Positions 1-8,610 of a stretch of DNA of 64,000 bases are shown here, piece after piece. Under the pieces are notes generated by a model that did not search any database, was not told the origin of the DNA, and saw only the letters and a list, made by a program, of their open reading frames with translations. The stretch's first letter is position 1. Each line of letters starts with the position of its first letter. Location: the IMG/VR virus record IMGVR_UViG_3300028602_000011, positions 7,057-71,056 of that record; one strand, given 5' to 3'. This DNA is from a virus (lineage: Duplodnaviria > Caudoviricetes). Both the position numbers and the translations under genes were made by a program.

Positions 1-1
1 T

Positions 2-505
2 TCTTCCATCCAGTCTGATTCTCCACATACCATAGCGGGCACCAGTAACTCACTTGGTAATCAAACCGGGAATGTGAATAGTGCAGATGGAACTCCGTTT
101 GTATCATATCGTGGCATTGAAAATCCATGGGGTAATTGCTATACGTGGTTAGATGGTTTTAATATTTACGATAGGCAGATATATGTAAATAATGATGAAA
201 CAACCTTTGTTGACGATACTGCAACTAACTATACAGTGTTGGGGGCAGCACTGCCATCTACCAATGGGTATATAAAACAAATTCAAAAGTTGGATAATAT
301 TGTCATACCTCTTACTACAGGCGGTACTTCTGGCGTGTTTGTTACGGATTACCTATATACGTCTACTGGTTGGCGCGTTGCGCGCGCGGGCGGTGCTGCT
401 TCTCTTGGGCTGTCTGCGGGGCTTGCCTATCTGACTCTGAGTGTTTCGTCGGCTGGTCGTACTCGTTCTTGTGGCGCGCGCTTGTCAAAAAAATATAGAA
501 TTTAA
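2..505 (+). CDS. DGR target protein, C-terminal C-type lectin (CLec)-fold domain; 5'-truncated by window edge
   Basis: Frame is open from nt 2. It contains YRGIENPWGNCYTWLDG and the terminal GWRVARAGG...GARL segment typical of phage DGR targets. The VR encodes the last ~44 aa. Confidence 0.88.
   Translation, partial: SSIQSDSPHTIAGTSNSLGNQTGNVNSADGTPFVSYRGIENPWGNCYTWLDGFNIYDRQIYVNNDETTFVDDTATNYTVLGAALPSTNGYIKQIQKLDNIVIPLTTGGTSGVFVTDYLYTSTGWRVARAGGAASLGLSAGLAYLTLSVSSAGRTRSCGARLSKKYRI
372..487 (+). repeat. DGR variable repeat (VR)
   Basis: 116-bp gap-free match to TR at offset 167. Over 374-487, 31 of 36 TR adenines are substituted and there is 1 non-A mismatch. Confidence 0.95.
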
Positions 506-538
506 AATATAAAACTTTGGTTAATATGTCATACCCAC

Positions 539-654
539 AGCACGTTGCGAACACAGGCAGTAATGCTTCTAATGTACTGAATGCAGGACTTACCTATCTG
601 AATCTGAATAATTCGTCAGCTAATCGTAATCGTAATTATGGCACACACTTATCA
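539..654 (+). ncRNA. DGR template repeat (TR), part of the DGR template RNA
   Basis: AAT/AAC-rich non-coding copy of the VR between the target stop codon and the RT. Confidence 0.95.
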
Positions 655-769
655 CCTAGTTACATAAAGTAACTTTGGCATATTGACCTTGCTAAAAACG
701 CAGAATATGATCCCCATATAAAGCTTGGTAGGTTTTTCAACTGAACAGCTTGGGGTAAGGTGACAAAAA

Positions 770-1732
770 ATGAAAACTCAGAAAAATATTTTTGATAATA
801 TTATATGTCTTGATAATTTAAATAAAGCACATTTAAAAGCAAGAAGAGGAAAAGCCCATTATAGGGATGTAAAATGGGTTAATATGAATTTAAATTATTC
901 TTTAAAGAAATTACATAAAATGTTATTACACCAACAATTTACTACGGCACCCTATATAGTAAGCACTGAAATGAAAGGCCCGAAGCTAAGAACAATACAC
1001 AAGTTACCATATTATCCAGATAGAATAGTTCAACATGCTATTGTGAATGTTTGTGGTCCTGTGTGGTGTAAGTCCTTTATAAGAGATACTTTTCAATCAA
1101 TTCCAGGGAGGGGTACTACGGATTGCTTTAAAAGAGTAAAAAAGGCAATTCAAGAAGATAAACCACATTTTGCTTTAAAATTAGATATTAAAAAATTTTA
1201 TCCATCTGTTAGAAATGAGTATTTACTCAACCCTAAAATATTTAGAATCAGTGATGAAAGGGCTTGGAATTTAATAAAAAATATCATTGAAAGTTTACCA
1301 GAATTACCTCTTGGTAATCATATAAGCCAATATGCTGGCAATCTTTTACTTTCTCCTATAGATTGGTATGCTAAACAAACTTTACAAATAAAATATTATT
1401 ATAGATATTGTGATGATATTGTTTTTTTAGGAAATAATAAAAAGAAACTTGTTAATTGGTTTTCTAAAATAAACCAAAAATTAAATCTTATTGACTTAGA
1501 ATTGCATGAAGAAATAAAAATAATTAATTTACAAAATGAATATCTTGATTTTGTTGGATATAGAATAAATCATAATAAAGTACTGTTAAGAAAAAGTTTG
1601 GCTAAAAATTTTATACATTCTTGTCGGCATAATTGTATTAGCGGGTTACCCTCTTATTGGGGATGGTTGAAACATGCTAATGCTAAAAATTTATGGTATA
1701 AAAACACAAGGAGTCTTCATGAAAACGAATAG
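770..1732 (+). CDS. DGR reverse transcriptase (320 aa)
   Basis: Motifs YYPDRIVQHA, LKLDIKKFYPS, LPLGNHISQ (DGR-type GxPxGNxxSQ), YRYCDD and DFVGY. Adjacent to a TR/VR pair. Confidence 0.95.
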   Translation: MKTQKNIFDNIICLDNLNKAHLKARRGKAHYRDVKWVNMNLNYSLKKLHKMLLHQQFTTAPYIVSTEMKGPKLRTIHKLPYYPDRIVQHAIVNVCGPVWCKSFIRDTFQSIPGRGTTDCFKRVKKAIQEDKPHFALKLDIKKFYPSVRNEYLLNPKIFRISDERAWNLIKNIIESLPELPLGNHISQYAGNLLLSPIDWYAKQTLQIKYYYRYCDDIVFLGNNKKKLVNWFSKINQKLNLIDLELHEEIKIINLQNEYLDFVGYRINHNKVLLRKSLAKNFIHSCRHNCISGLPSYWGWLKHANAKNLWYKNTRSLHENE

Positions 1733-2027
1733 TAATGCTATACTACCAGAATTTGAAACAAGGGGTCTTTATATGTTTGTTAATTTTAATGAAGAAATTA
1801 TCCCTGCTACTGCAGAAGAATCTGAAACATTCACTTATGATACGGCAAAATTTAGCAAATCAGCAACAAGAGCTGAACGTATAGAAGCAATAATTGCAAC
1901 TAAGTACCACACATACGGATCAGAGCTTGCCGCAATAAATAATACTGATGAAGACGCAAAAACTGAATATCTAGCGTTTCGAGAGCAGGCAAAAACTTTA
2001 GCAACTCGGTCTTTTTTGGAGGTATAA
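1719..2027 (+). CDS. Hypothetical protein (102 aa) overlapping the RT stop; candidate fibre-associated or DGR accessory protein
   Basis: ATG at 1719 preceded by GGAG; overlaps RT end by 14 nt. Confidence 0.6.
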   Translation: MKTNSNAILPEFETRGLYMFVNFNEEIIPATAEESETFTYDTAKFSKSATRAERIEAIIATKYHTYGSELAAINNTDEDAKTEYLAFREQAKTLATRSFLEV

Positions 2028-2125
2028 TGCAATACATAACTTTTGCAACAGAAGAAGCATTCAACATTTGGTACGCAACGATGAGAGTGGCCATGCCGAC
2101 AGAAGGAGAAGATGAAACTACTTAG
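2027..2125 (+). CDS. Small hypothetical protein (32 aa, MQYITFATEEAFNIWY...)
   Basis: GGAGGT SD and TAATG stop-start overlap; below the ORF-track size cutoff. Confidence 0.4.
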   Translation: MQYITFATEEAFNIWYATMRVAMPTEGEDETT

Positions 2126-2462
2126 CTTCATATTCCTCGTATTGCTCCTTTGTGCCTGCATGTCGCCAATTTCTTTCCATCCGGTGTGTAGACACAATGC
2201 GACATTCTGTGCGATCACTGCTGGGGATACCGTGCCTGTCAGGATTGTTCTGGGACACTATGGCAAAAACTGGCACGCGGAGGCACAAGGATTTATTGGT
2301 GAGAAATGGCAATGGCTGACTATGTATCATGGAGAGGTGGTCCCGACAGATAACGTATCCCCAAAATTCGTGCCGTTCTACTATTTTTCTGTTGAAAAAT
2401 TTGAAAAGGTGTCGTTCTATAAGAAAATGGATGCTATCAACAAAGAAGTAGGGTTTGAGTAA
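2112..2462 (+). CDS. Putative lipoprotein, unknown function
   Basis: Hydrophobic N-terminus ending in lipobox-like LLCA-C; GGAG SD. Confidence 0.55.
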   Translation: MKLLSFIFLVLLLCACMSPISFHPVCRHNATFCAITAGDTVPVRIVLGHYGKNWHAEAQGFIGEKWQWLTMYHGEVVPTDNVSPKFVPFYYFSVEKFEKVSFYKKMDAINKEVGFE

Positions 2463-2487
2463 TTATTTTTTGCATAGTTCATAACCA

Positions 2488-2892
2488 ATGGGCCTTGGAA
2501 GTACTTTTTACATATTAAGGGGGAAGTACGTGGAATTTACTTCTTTTATTTCTGCTGTGGAGGTATTATGGCCTGTATTTGTAGCGATTATTTTAACGAT
2601 GGCTTGGTTATTTCGACAATTGGGTGCTAAAATGACGCAAGAACAGTGTAATTTACTTCATGAAAAACAAGAACACAGTATTGCATCCTGTGTTAGTCAA
2701 CAAGAATGTAATCGGTGCCGGGAACAACAAAATAAGTACATCGCATTACAGGTTAGTCAAATAGAAGTGAACAATCGTAGAATAGAAACAACTCTAGCTG
2801 ATTTTAGGGCGGAAGTAAAAAAAGATTTATGTGATTTGCAGGTGTTAATTATTGACACCATAAAAACAAATATAAATACGAAGGAAAAATAG
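2488..2892 (+). CDS. Single-TM coiled-coil membrane protein (holin-like or hypothetical); start may be GTG 2530
   Basis: One hydrophobic segment (LWPVFVAIILTMAWLF) followed by a coiled coil. Confidence 0.5.
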   Translation: MGLGSTFYILRGKYVEFTSFISAVEVLWPVFVAIILTMAWLFRQLGAKMTQEQCNLLHEKQEHSIASCVSQQECNRCREQQNKYIALQVSQIEVNNRRIETTLADFRAEVKKDLCDLQVLIIDTIKTNINTKEK

Positions 2893-2893
2893 T

Positions 2894-4966
2894 ATGGGTG
2901 ATTCTAAAGCATATCGGTATGATCCAACTAAAACGCTGACCCTACGAACGCAATTTGTACGTGAAGTGAATAGGCGTTTTGGAGAAATCAAAACAGCTAT
3001 TCGACGGGCTGTGGTAGACAAAGATGTTTTTGGTTTAAAAGATCAGATACATACCAATGCATTAGATCTTCCTGCAGAAAAGGCGTATGCATTTAATAGA
3101 GACCCAGAAAAAGTAGCATTGTTTATGGAGTGGCTCGAAGAACAACAAAACAATGGTGTTCTTCATGTATCTTCGTTCAATCAATTGGGTACTGGTATTG
3201 AGCAAGTGTGGACTGCCAAATATATTTTATCAGCATACCAGCGCGGTATTTCTAGGGCGAGGCATGAGTGTATAAAGGCTGGGTACGCAGTACCCACCTT
3301 AGAGGAGTCAGGGGGCTTACTCGCAATATTTAACCAGCCATTCCACCTTGACCGTGTTGGGTTGCTTTACACACGCACGTACACAGAGTTAAAGGGAATT
3401 ACTGCGGCAATGGATCAGCAGATTTCTCGTACATTGGCTGATGGTATGGTTCAAGGATTAAATCCAAATACCATAGCGCGAAATTTGACTGAACGTGTAG
3501 ATGCCATTGGTATTAGTCGTGCTAGAACGCTAGCTCGAACAGAAGTGATACGGGCACATCATGGTGCTATGGTCCAAGAATACAGGAATTGGGGTATCGT
3601 TGGGGTGAAAGTAAAAGCAGAGTGGGTCACAGCCGGTGATGGTCGGGTGTGTCCACTTTGTGCCCCAATGGATGGTAAAGTGTTTACGATAGACGAGATA
3701 GAGAACAAAATTCCTGCTCACCCAAACTGTTTCTTAGATGCACAAACACTTATTTACACTTCAAATGGTTGGAAACCCATAGGGAAGATTGTTATTGGTG
3801 ATTTAGTTTTAACACATAAAGGTCGTTTTCGAAGAGTATATGCATTACCACGAAATAAAGGATTAGAAGGAACTACAAAATACACACGATTTCATATTCA
3901 AGGAATGGAAAATGGTGGTGTGTCTGTTACTTCCAACCATCCCGTCCAAGTAACAAAAGAAGGGTCTTCTTTATGTAGGTGGAAAGAGGCCGGCGATGTT
4001 ACTATGGATGATCAACTTTGTTTATTGGCGAATAAATGTCCTCGTTGTGGTAAATTGACACCATTCTTTAATAAATATTGTTCCCGATCCTGCCTCAGTC
4101 AAGATATTACAGATAAACAATGGGCAGATCCAAAACATAGACAAAACATGTCTAAAAAAGCTAGAGCACAAATGTATCGTGAATATTCTGATGGAACACG
4201 TGATAAAAATAAGGTAACAAAAGCCGCCAATGCTAGAATGCGTGAATTGGGAGCGCAAGGTAGATGCCCATTACAGAGAAAGGATGTTAGGGAGCTAATA
4301 AAAAAAGCAACCAATACACCAGAAATAAGAAAAGCTTCTTCTGAAAGAATGCTAAAAAACAATCCTATGTTTGACCCGGCCACACGAAAAAAAGCACGTA
4401 AATCTTTGTTGGATTTGTATAAAAATCACCCAGAAAAAAGATTAAATGCAAGAATGGCAAAGTTTCGTAAAAGTGGTAGAAAGACAGACATTGAAAAGAG
4501 AATGGCAAAATTATTAAATAAAATGGGGGTTGATTATGTATTTCAGTATCCTATTTTAAGGTATAATGCTGATTTTGCAATTCCAGCATTGAATATTGTA
4601 ATTGAATGTGATGGTGATTATTGGCATTCTTCTCCAGAAGCAAAAGCACGTGATGCAATACGACAAAAGGAGATTGAAAAAGAAGGTTGGCTTGTATTGC
4701 AATATTCGGGATCACGAATAAATAAATGCTTAAATGAAATCGAACAAGAATTATCCAGGGTAGTGCTCAACCATACAGGGCAATATGAATTTGTACCTGT
4801 TTCTATTAAGAAAATTGAACATCGTGTATTAGGAAAAAATAAACTTTTGTACAATTTAAGTGTAGAAGAAGATGAGTCGTATGTTGCAAAAGGAATGGTA
4901 GTACACAACTGTCGTTGCATTTCGATTCCTGTAAATGTTACACACGAAGATGAAGATAAAGAATAA
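2894..4966 (+). CDS. Head morphogenesis (SPP1 gp7 / Mu F-like) protein interrupted by an intein; ~296 aa after splicing
   Basis: RARTLARTEVIRAH, EWVTAGDGRVCPLC and the HPN^CRC motif split by a Hint domain. Confidence 0.88.
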   Translation: MGDSKAYRYDPTKTLTLRTQFVREVNRRFGEIKTAIRRAVVDKDVFGLKDQIHTNALDLPAEKAYAFNRDPEKVALFMEWLEEQQNNGVLHVSSFNQLGTGIEQVWTAKYILSAYQRGISRARHECIKAGYAVPTLEESGGLLAIFNQPFHLDRVGLLYTRTYTELKGITAAMDQQISRTLADGMVQGLNPNTIARNLTERVDAIGISRARTLARTEVIRAHHGAMVQEYRNWGIVGVKVKAEWVTAGDGRVCPLCAPMDGKVFTIDEIENKIPAHPNCFLDAQTLIYTSNGWKPIGKIVIGDLVLTHKGRFRRVYALPRNKGLEGTTKYTRFHIQGMENGGVSVTSNHPVQVTKEGSSLCRWKEAGDVTMDDQLCLLANKCPRCGKLTPFFNKYCSRSCLSQDITDKQWADPKHRQNMSKKARAQMYREYSDGTRDKNKVTKAANARMRELGAQGRCPLQRKDVRELIKKATNTPEIRKASSERMLKNNPMFDPATRKKARKSLLDLYKNHPEKRLNARMAKFRKSGRKTDIEKRMAKLLNKMGVDYVFQYPILRYNADFAIPALNIVIECDGDYWHSSPEAKARDAIRQKEIEKEGWLVLQYSGSRINKCLNEIEQELSRVVLNHTGQYEFVPVSIKKIEHRVLGKNKLLYNLSVEEDESYVAKGMVVHNCRCISIPVNVTHEDEDKE
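3728..4909 (+). mobile_element. Intein (394 aa) carrying a DUF559/Vsr-like endonuclease
   Basis: Begins CFLDAQTLIYT, ends YNLSVEEDESYVAKGMVVHN, followed by Cys. Contains the internal ADFAIPALNIVIECDGDYWH motif. Confidence 0.9.
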
Positions 4967-5017
4967 TTTTATCGTATTTTGCTTGACTTATTTGTATTTC
5001 ATATTATGTAATAAATC

Positions 5018-6493
5018 GTGGCTAATGAAATTGTAGGAGAAATCAATATGGTAATGACAATGAAAACATTTCCAGTAACTATCAACAGTGCTAATTACAC
5101 ACTACGCACTGAAAATTATATGGGTAGGCCACATTTGATTGCCCCTGTGATTTTGATGGTTCCTGGAGTGCATTGTGGCAGTAAAGGACCAGTCTTGTAC
5201 ACGGAGGAAGAACTTTCGAAGTATGCGTGTGCTTGGAATGGTCGTCCAGTACCCGTATTTCACCCAAAAGAAGGGGAAAATTTTGTATCTTGTAATTCCC
5301 CACATGTTATTGAAGAGAATTCGATTGGACATGTGTTCAATGCAGAATTTTCTGATGGTAAACTTAGGGGTGAGATATGGATTGATGAACAACAGGCTAA
5401 TCGTGTTTCCCCAGTAGCGTTATCTTATATCAGAAGTGGGCATAAGTTGGATGTTTCAACGGGTGTGTTTACTGAAGATGAAGAGGTAACAGGTACTTGG
5501 AACGGGGAAGAGTATATGGCGATTGCACACAATCTTAGACCTGACCACCTCGCAGTATTGCCTGATCAGAATGGTGCTTGTTCTTGGGCCGATGGTTGCG
5601 GTGTTCGGGCAAACCAAGAAGGAGGAGGGATGCAACGTACAAAGGGTACAAAAACACAAACCAAGAAACACCCAATTTTTTCTAATCTGGCTGTAAATGC
5701 TGATTATATGGAATTGGTTCGTCGGGCACGCAATCTTGTTGATAGTATGGATAATTGGGAATCGGAACCAAGCATCTCCAATTTTTTGGAGTCTGTAACG
5801 GATACAGAAATTATCTACACTATGAATTCTGGCCAGGATACGAAAACATATGCCAGCGATTATACTATTGCTGAAGATGGTGCGATGGTATTTTCTGGCG
5901 AGTTGCGTGAAGTTACAAAAGAAGTTACATATAAACAAATCAACAATAACCAAGACGCAGAAACAAACAACGAAACCGGAGGGAATATGGCCGCAAAAGA
6001 GAAAGTACAGAAATTGATTAGCAACAGTAACACGCAGTTCACTGAGAAAGATGTTGAATGGTTGGAAGGCTTGTCTGATTGCCAGCTTGAAAAAATGACT
6101 CCTATTCTTACCGACAACACCGCCGCAGATGCTGGTGTCGCTGACAAAAAAGTCACTGTAGTTACCAATACCGACACTGTTCAGGAAAATACCATGTCAG
6201 CTACACCAAAAACTGCAGAAGAGTTTCTCAATGCCCTTCCTGCAGACATGCGCGACCAGTTTTCACATGGTCTGAAATTGCATCAGGCACAGCGTAAACA
6301 CCACATTGAAGCCATTACCGGCAACAGTGATTTCACTCCGGAAATGTTGACCAATAAGGGAATGGATGAACTGGAAATTCTGGCAAAAGCATTGGCCAAG
6401 ACACCTGTGGTCGATTTTTCTGGTTTGGGTACTCCGGTTGTACATACATCTTTTGAGGAAGTAGACGTATTGCTCCCCACTGGTGTTGAGTAA
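5018..6493 (+). CDS. DUF2213-like prohead protease/scaffold protein (start may be ATG ~5048)
   Basis: GRPVPVFHP, LDVSTG and RPDHLAVLPDQNGACS motifs; position upstream of decoration and capsid genes. Confidence 0.75.
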   Translation: MANEIVGEINMVMTMKTFPVTINSANYTLRTENYMGRPHLIAPVILMVPGVHCGSKGPVLYTEEELSKYACAWNGRPVPVFHPKEGENFVSCNSPHVIEENSIGHVFNAEFSDGKLRGEIWIDEQQANRVSPVALSYIRSGHKLDVSTGVFTEDEEVTGTWNGEEYMAIAHNLRPDHLAVLPDQNGACSWADGCGVRANQEGGGMQRTKGTKTQTKKHPIFSNLAVNADYMELVRRARNLVDSMDNWESEPSISNFLESVTDTEIIYTMNSGQDTKTYASDYTIAEDGAMVFSGELREVTKEVTYKQINNNQDAETNNETGGNMAAKEKVQKLISNSNTQFTEKDVEWLEGLSDCQLEKMTPILTDNTAADAGVADKKVTVVTNTDTVQENTMSATPKTAEEFLNALPADMRDQFSHGLKLHQAQRKHHIEAITGNSDFTPEMLTNKGMDELEILAKALAKTPVVDFSGLGTPVVHTSFEEVDVLLPTGVE

Positions 6494-6546
6494 GTTTCAT
6501 TGTTTGTTTCTGCCAATAAATTTTAAAACATACGAGGATTTGAATT

Positions 6547-7005
6547 ATGGCGAAGAATACTGTTAAAGTCCGTTGCTACCTCAATATTATTGATGAGGAA
6601 AAGGCTGGTGGGGTTATTACTCCTGGGATGTTGGTTGTACTTGGTAGTGCTAATACAGTCATTGCACATGCCGCCGCCGGTGGAAATGTTGCTCCCAAGT
6701 TTGCCCTTGAAGACAATTTGCAGGGTAAGGGTGTTGATGACAATTATGCCTCCGGTGATATGGTTCAGAGTTGGACTCCCACTCGTGGTGATCGTGTTTA
6801 TGCTCTGCTCAAAGCAAGTTCTACCGCTGTTGCTATCGGTGATTTCCTGGAATCTGCTGGTAATGGCACCTTGCAGAAGCATGTAGCAGACGAAGTTTCT
6901 TCTGCTGGTGCTCTCACTTCCAATACAAATCAGATTGTCGCAATCGCCAAGGAAGCTGTTACTCCTGGTACTTCATCCGTTCGTTGTATTGTAGAAGTTA
7001 TTTAA
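6547..7005 (+). CDS. Head decoration/cement protein
   Basis: Small Ala/Gly-rich beta protein (ITPGMLV, IGDFLESAGNGTL) immediately before the major capsid gene. Confidence 0.65.
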   Translation: MAKNTVKVRCYLNIIDEEKAGGVITPGMLVVLGSANTVIAHAAAGGNVAPKFALEDNLQGKGVDDNYASGDMVQSWTPTRGDRVYALLKASSTAVAIGDFLESAGNGTLQKHVADEVSSAGALTSNTNQIVAIAKEAVTPGTSSVRCIVEVI

Positions 7006-7032
7006 TAACAATTTCATTGAAGGAGTACGTAT

Positions 7033-8121
7033 ATGCCAGTATCAATTGATTTTATCACTGCCAATGGTCAGGGTCAGGGAGAATTGGCCTCCCGTATTGC
7101 AAATGAAGGTTCTTTGAATGTCAATGCAATGCGCCCATATTTGAATCCCAAAGATGGCCGTAGTTATATTACGGTCTTCAATGGTGGCGATGCAAAAGAT
7201 GCCAAAAATTATAAAGCCCTCCCCATTACCGCCAATGCTACACTTCGCCGGGATGAGTGGAAATCGCTTGATTCTGCCGTTATGCGGATTGCTGAAGAGC
7301 GTCTGCGTGGTGTTGCCGATCTGAAAGCCGCAGGGCTGACGTACAATCTTGGTAATGGAATGGGTGCAACCGTTCTTGAATACCACGACATTTCCGATGC
7401 AATGGAAGCTCACATGTCCATGGACGGTGTGTCTCGTGGTAACAATGATGCACCCAAGTACGAAACCAATTACATGCCGCTTCCCATTGTTCATGCTGAC
7501 TATCAGCTGAATGAGCGTGTATTGCAGTCTTCTCGCCGCATGGGTAATCCTTTGGATACTACCCTTGCAGAGCGTGCAGGTCGTCGTGTTGCAGAAACCT
7601 TGGAAGACATGCTGTTTTCCAACAAGACTTACACCTACGGCGGTGGAACCATTTACAGTTATGTCAACCATCCTAACAGAAACAAAGTTACCCTCAGTGT
7701 GCATTGGGATGGTTCCGGTAAAACTGCCAAGGGTATTCTTGACGATTGCCTGGAAATGAAACAGGCTTCCATTGATGCAATGCATTATGGTCCTTGGATT
7801 ATCTATATCCCGACTGCGTATGAAACCGTCCTTGACGAAGATTACGACACTGCCGGAACATCCACCCAGACTATTAAGGAACGTATCCTGAAGATTTCTG
7901 GTATCAAGGACATTCGCGTTTCAGATAAGTTGGCTGCAAACAATATTGTCATGATTGAGCTGTCCAGTGATGTTGTTCGTTGGGTCAATGGTATGAACAT
8001 CCAGAATGTTCAGTGGTCCTCCGAAGGAAACCTTGTTCATAACTACAAAGTTATGACAATTCAGGTTCCTCAGATCCGTAGTGATCAGGAAGGCAATTCT
8101 GGTATTATTCACCTTGCATAA
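7033..8121 (+). CDS. Major capsid protein (HK97-fold)
   Basis: 362 aa, ANATLRRDEWKSLD, LPIVHADYQL and VMTIQVPQIRSD. Strong SD, followed by a terminator. Confidence 0.85.
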   Translation: MPVSIDFITANGQGQGELASRIANEGSLNVNAMRPYLNPKDGRSYITVFNGGDAKDAKNYKALPITANATLRRDEWKSLDSAVMRIAEERLRGVADLKAAGLTYNLGNGMGATVLEYHDISDAMEAHMSMDGVSRGNNDAPKYETNYMPLPIVHADYQLNERVLQSSRRMGNPLDTTLAERAGRRVAETLEDMLFSNKTYTYGGGTIYSYVNHPNRNKVTLSVHWDGSGKTAKGILDDCLEMKQASIDAMHYGPWIIYIPTAYETVLDEDYDTAGTSTQTIKERILKISGIKDIRVSDKLAANNIVMIELSSDVVRWVNGMNIQNVQWSSEGNLVHNYKVMTIQVPQIRSDQEGNSGIIHLA

Positions 8122-8133
8122 ACCATAAACTCG

Positions 8134-8164
8134 GCCCGGGATAAACAATCTCGGGCTTTTTTTT
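8134..8164 (+). terminator. Rho-independent terminator after the capsid gene
   Basis: GCCCGGGA-TAAACAA-TCTCGGGC stem followed by a T8 tract. Confidence 0.8.
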
Positions 8165-8175
8165 AGGAGTTTTTA

Positions 8176-8610
8176 ATGTCTAATATGAAAGCAGAGTGGG
8201 AAAACCTCGGCGGTGTTCTCAAGTTTCATGGAACGAAGATCCGTAAGGGTGATCATTTTATTGCGTATGAAGACGAAATTCCAAAGGGGTTTCGTGATGT
8301 AATTAAACTGATTGGGCCGGCGAAAGAAGAGATTGTTGAAGTACCGGAAGAAGATAAAGCAGAAATCAAAGAAATTGTTGCTGATGTTGCTGACGAAGTT
8401 GTGTCTGAAATGTCTGAAATTGAAAAAGAGTTGGTAGAAGCTGAATCTGAAATGCCAGTACGCAGAAATCCAGTTAAGGTGCCAAAATACAAACTCGAAA
8501 AAAAAGGTGGTTGGTATAACATCATTAACATAGCCACTGGTAAAAAAATGAATACTGCGGCATTGCGTAAAGACGATGCTGATGCGTTCTTGGCTAGTTT
8601 GGATCAATAA
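8176..8610 (+). CDS. Hypothetical virion-module protein with acidic linker
   Basis: GGAG SD; acidic central region between two short domains. Confidence 0.6.
   Translation: MSNMKAEWENLGGVLKFHGTKIRKGDHFIAYEDEIPKGFRDVIKLIGPAKEEIVEVPEEDKAEIKEIVADVADEVVSEMSEIEKELVEAESEMPVRRNPVKVPKYKLEKKGGWYNIINIATGKKMNTAALRKDDADAFLASLDQ

Larger units (their letters stand above)
2..1732 (+). mobile_element. Diversity-generating retroelement (target gene with VR, TR, reverse transcriptase)
   Basis: VR 372-487 and TR 539-654 align without gaps and differ almost only at TR adenines. A DGR-type RT follows at 770-1732. Confidence 0.96.

Noticed and set aside
488-538. Canonical GC-rich DNA hairpin downstream of the VR/IMH
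   Set aside because: The region is AT-rich with no convincing local stem; its 3' part instead pairs with 676-688.
770-1732. Group II intron, retron or Abi RT
   Set aside because: It is only 320 aa with no maturase/endonuclease extension or VTG motif. It has the GNxxSQ motif and an adjacent A-specific TR/VR pair.
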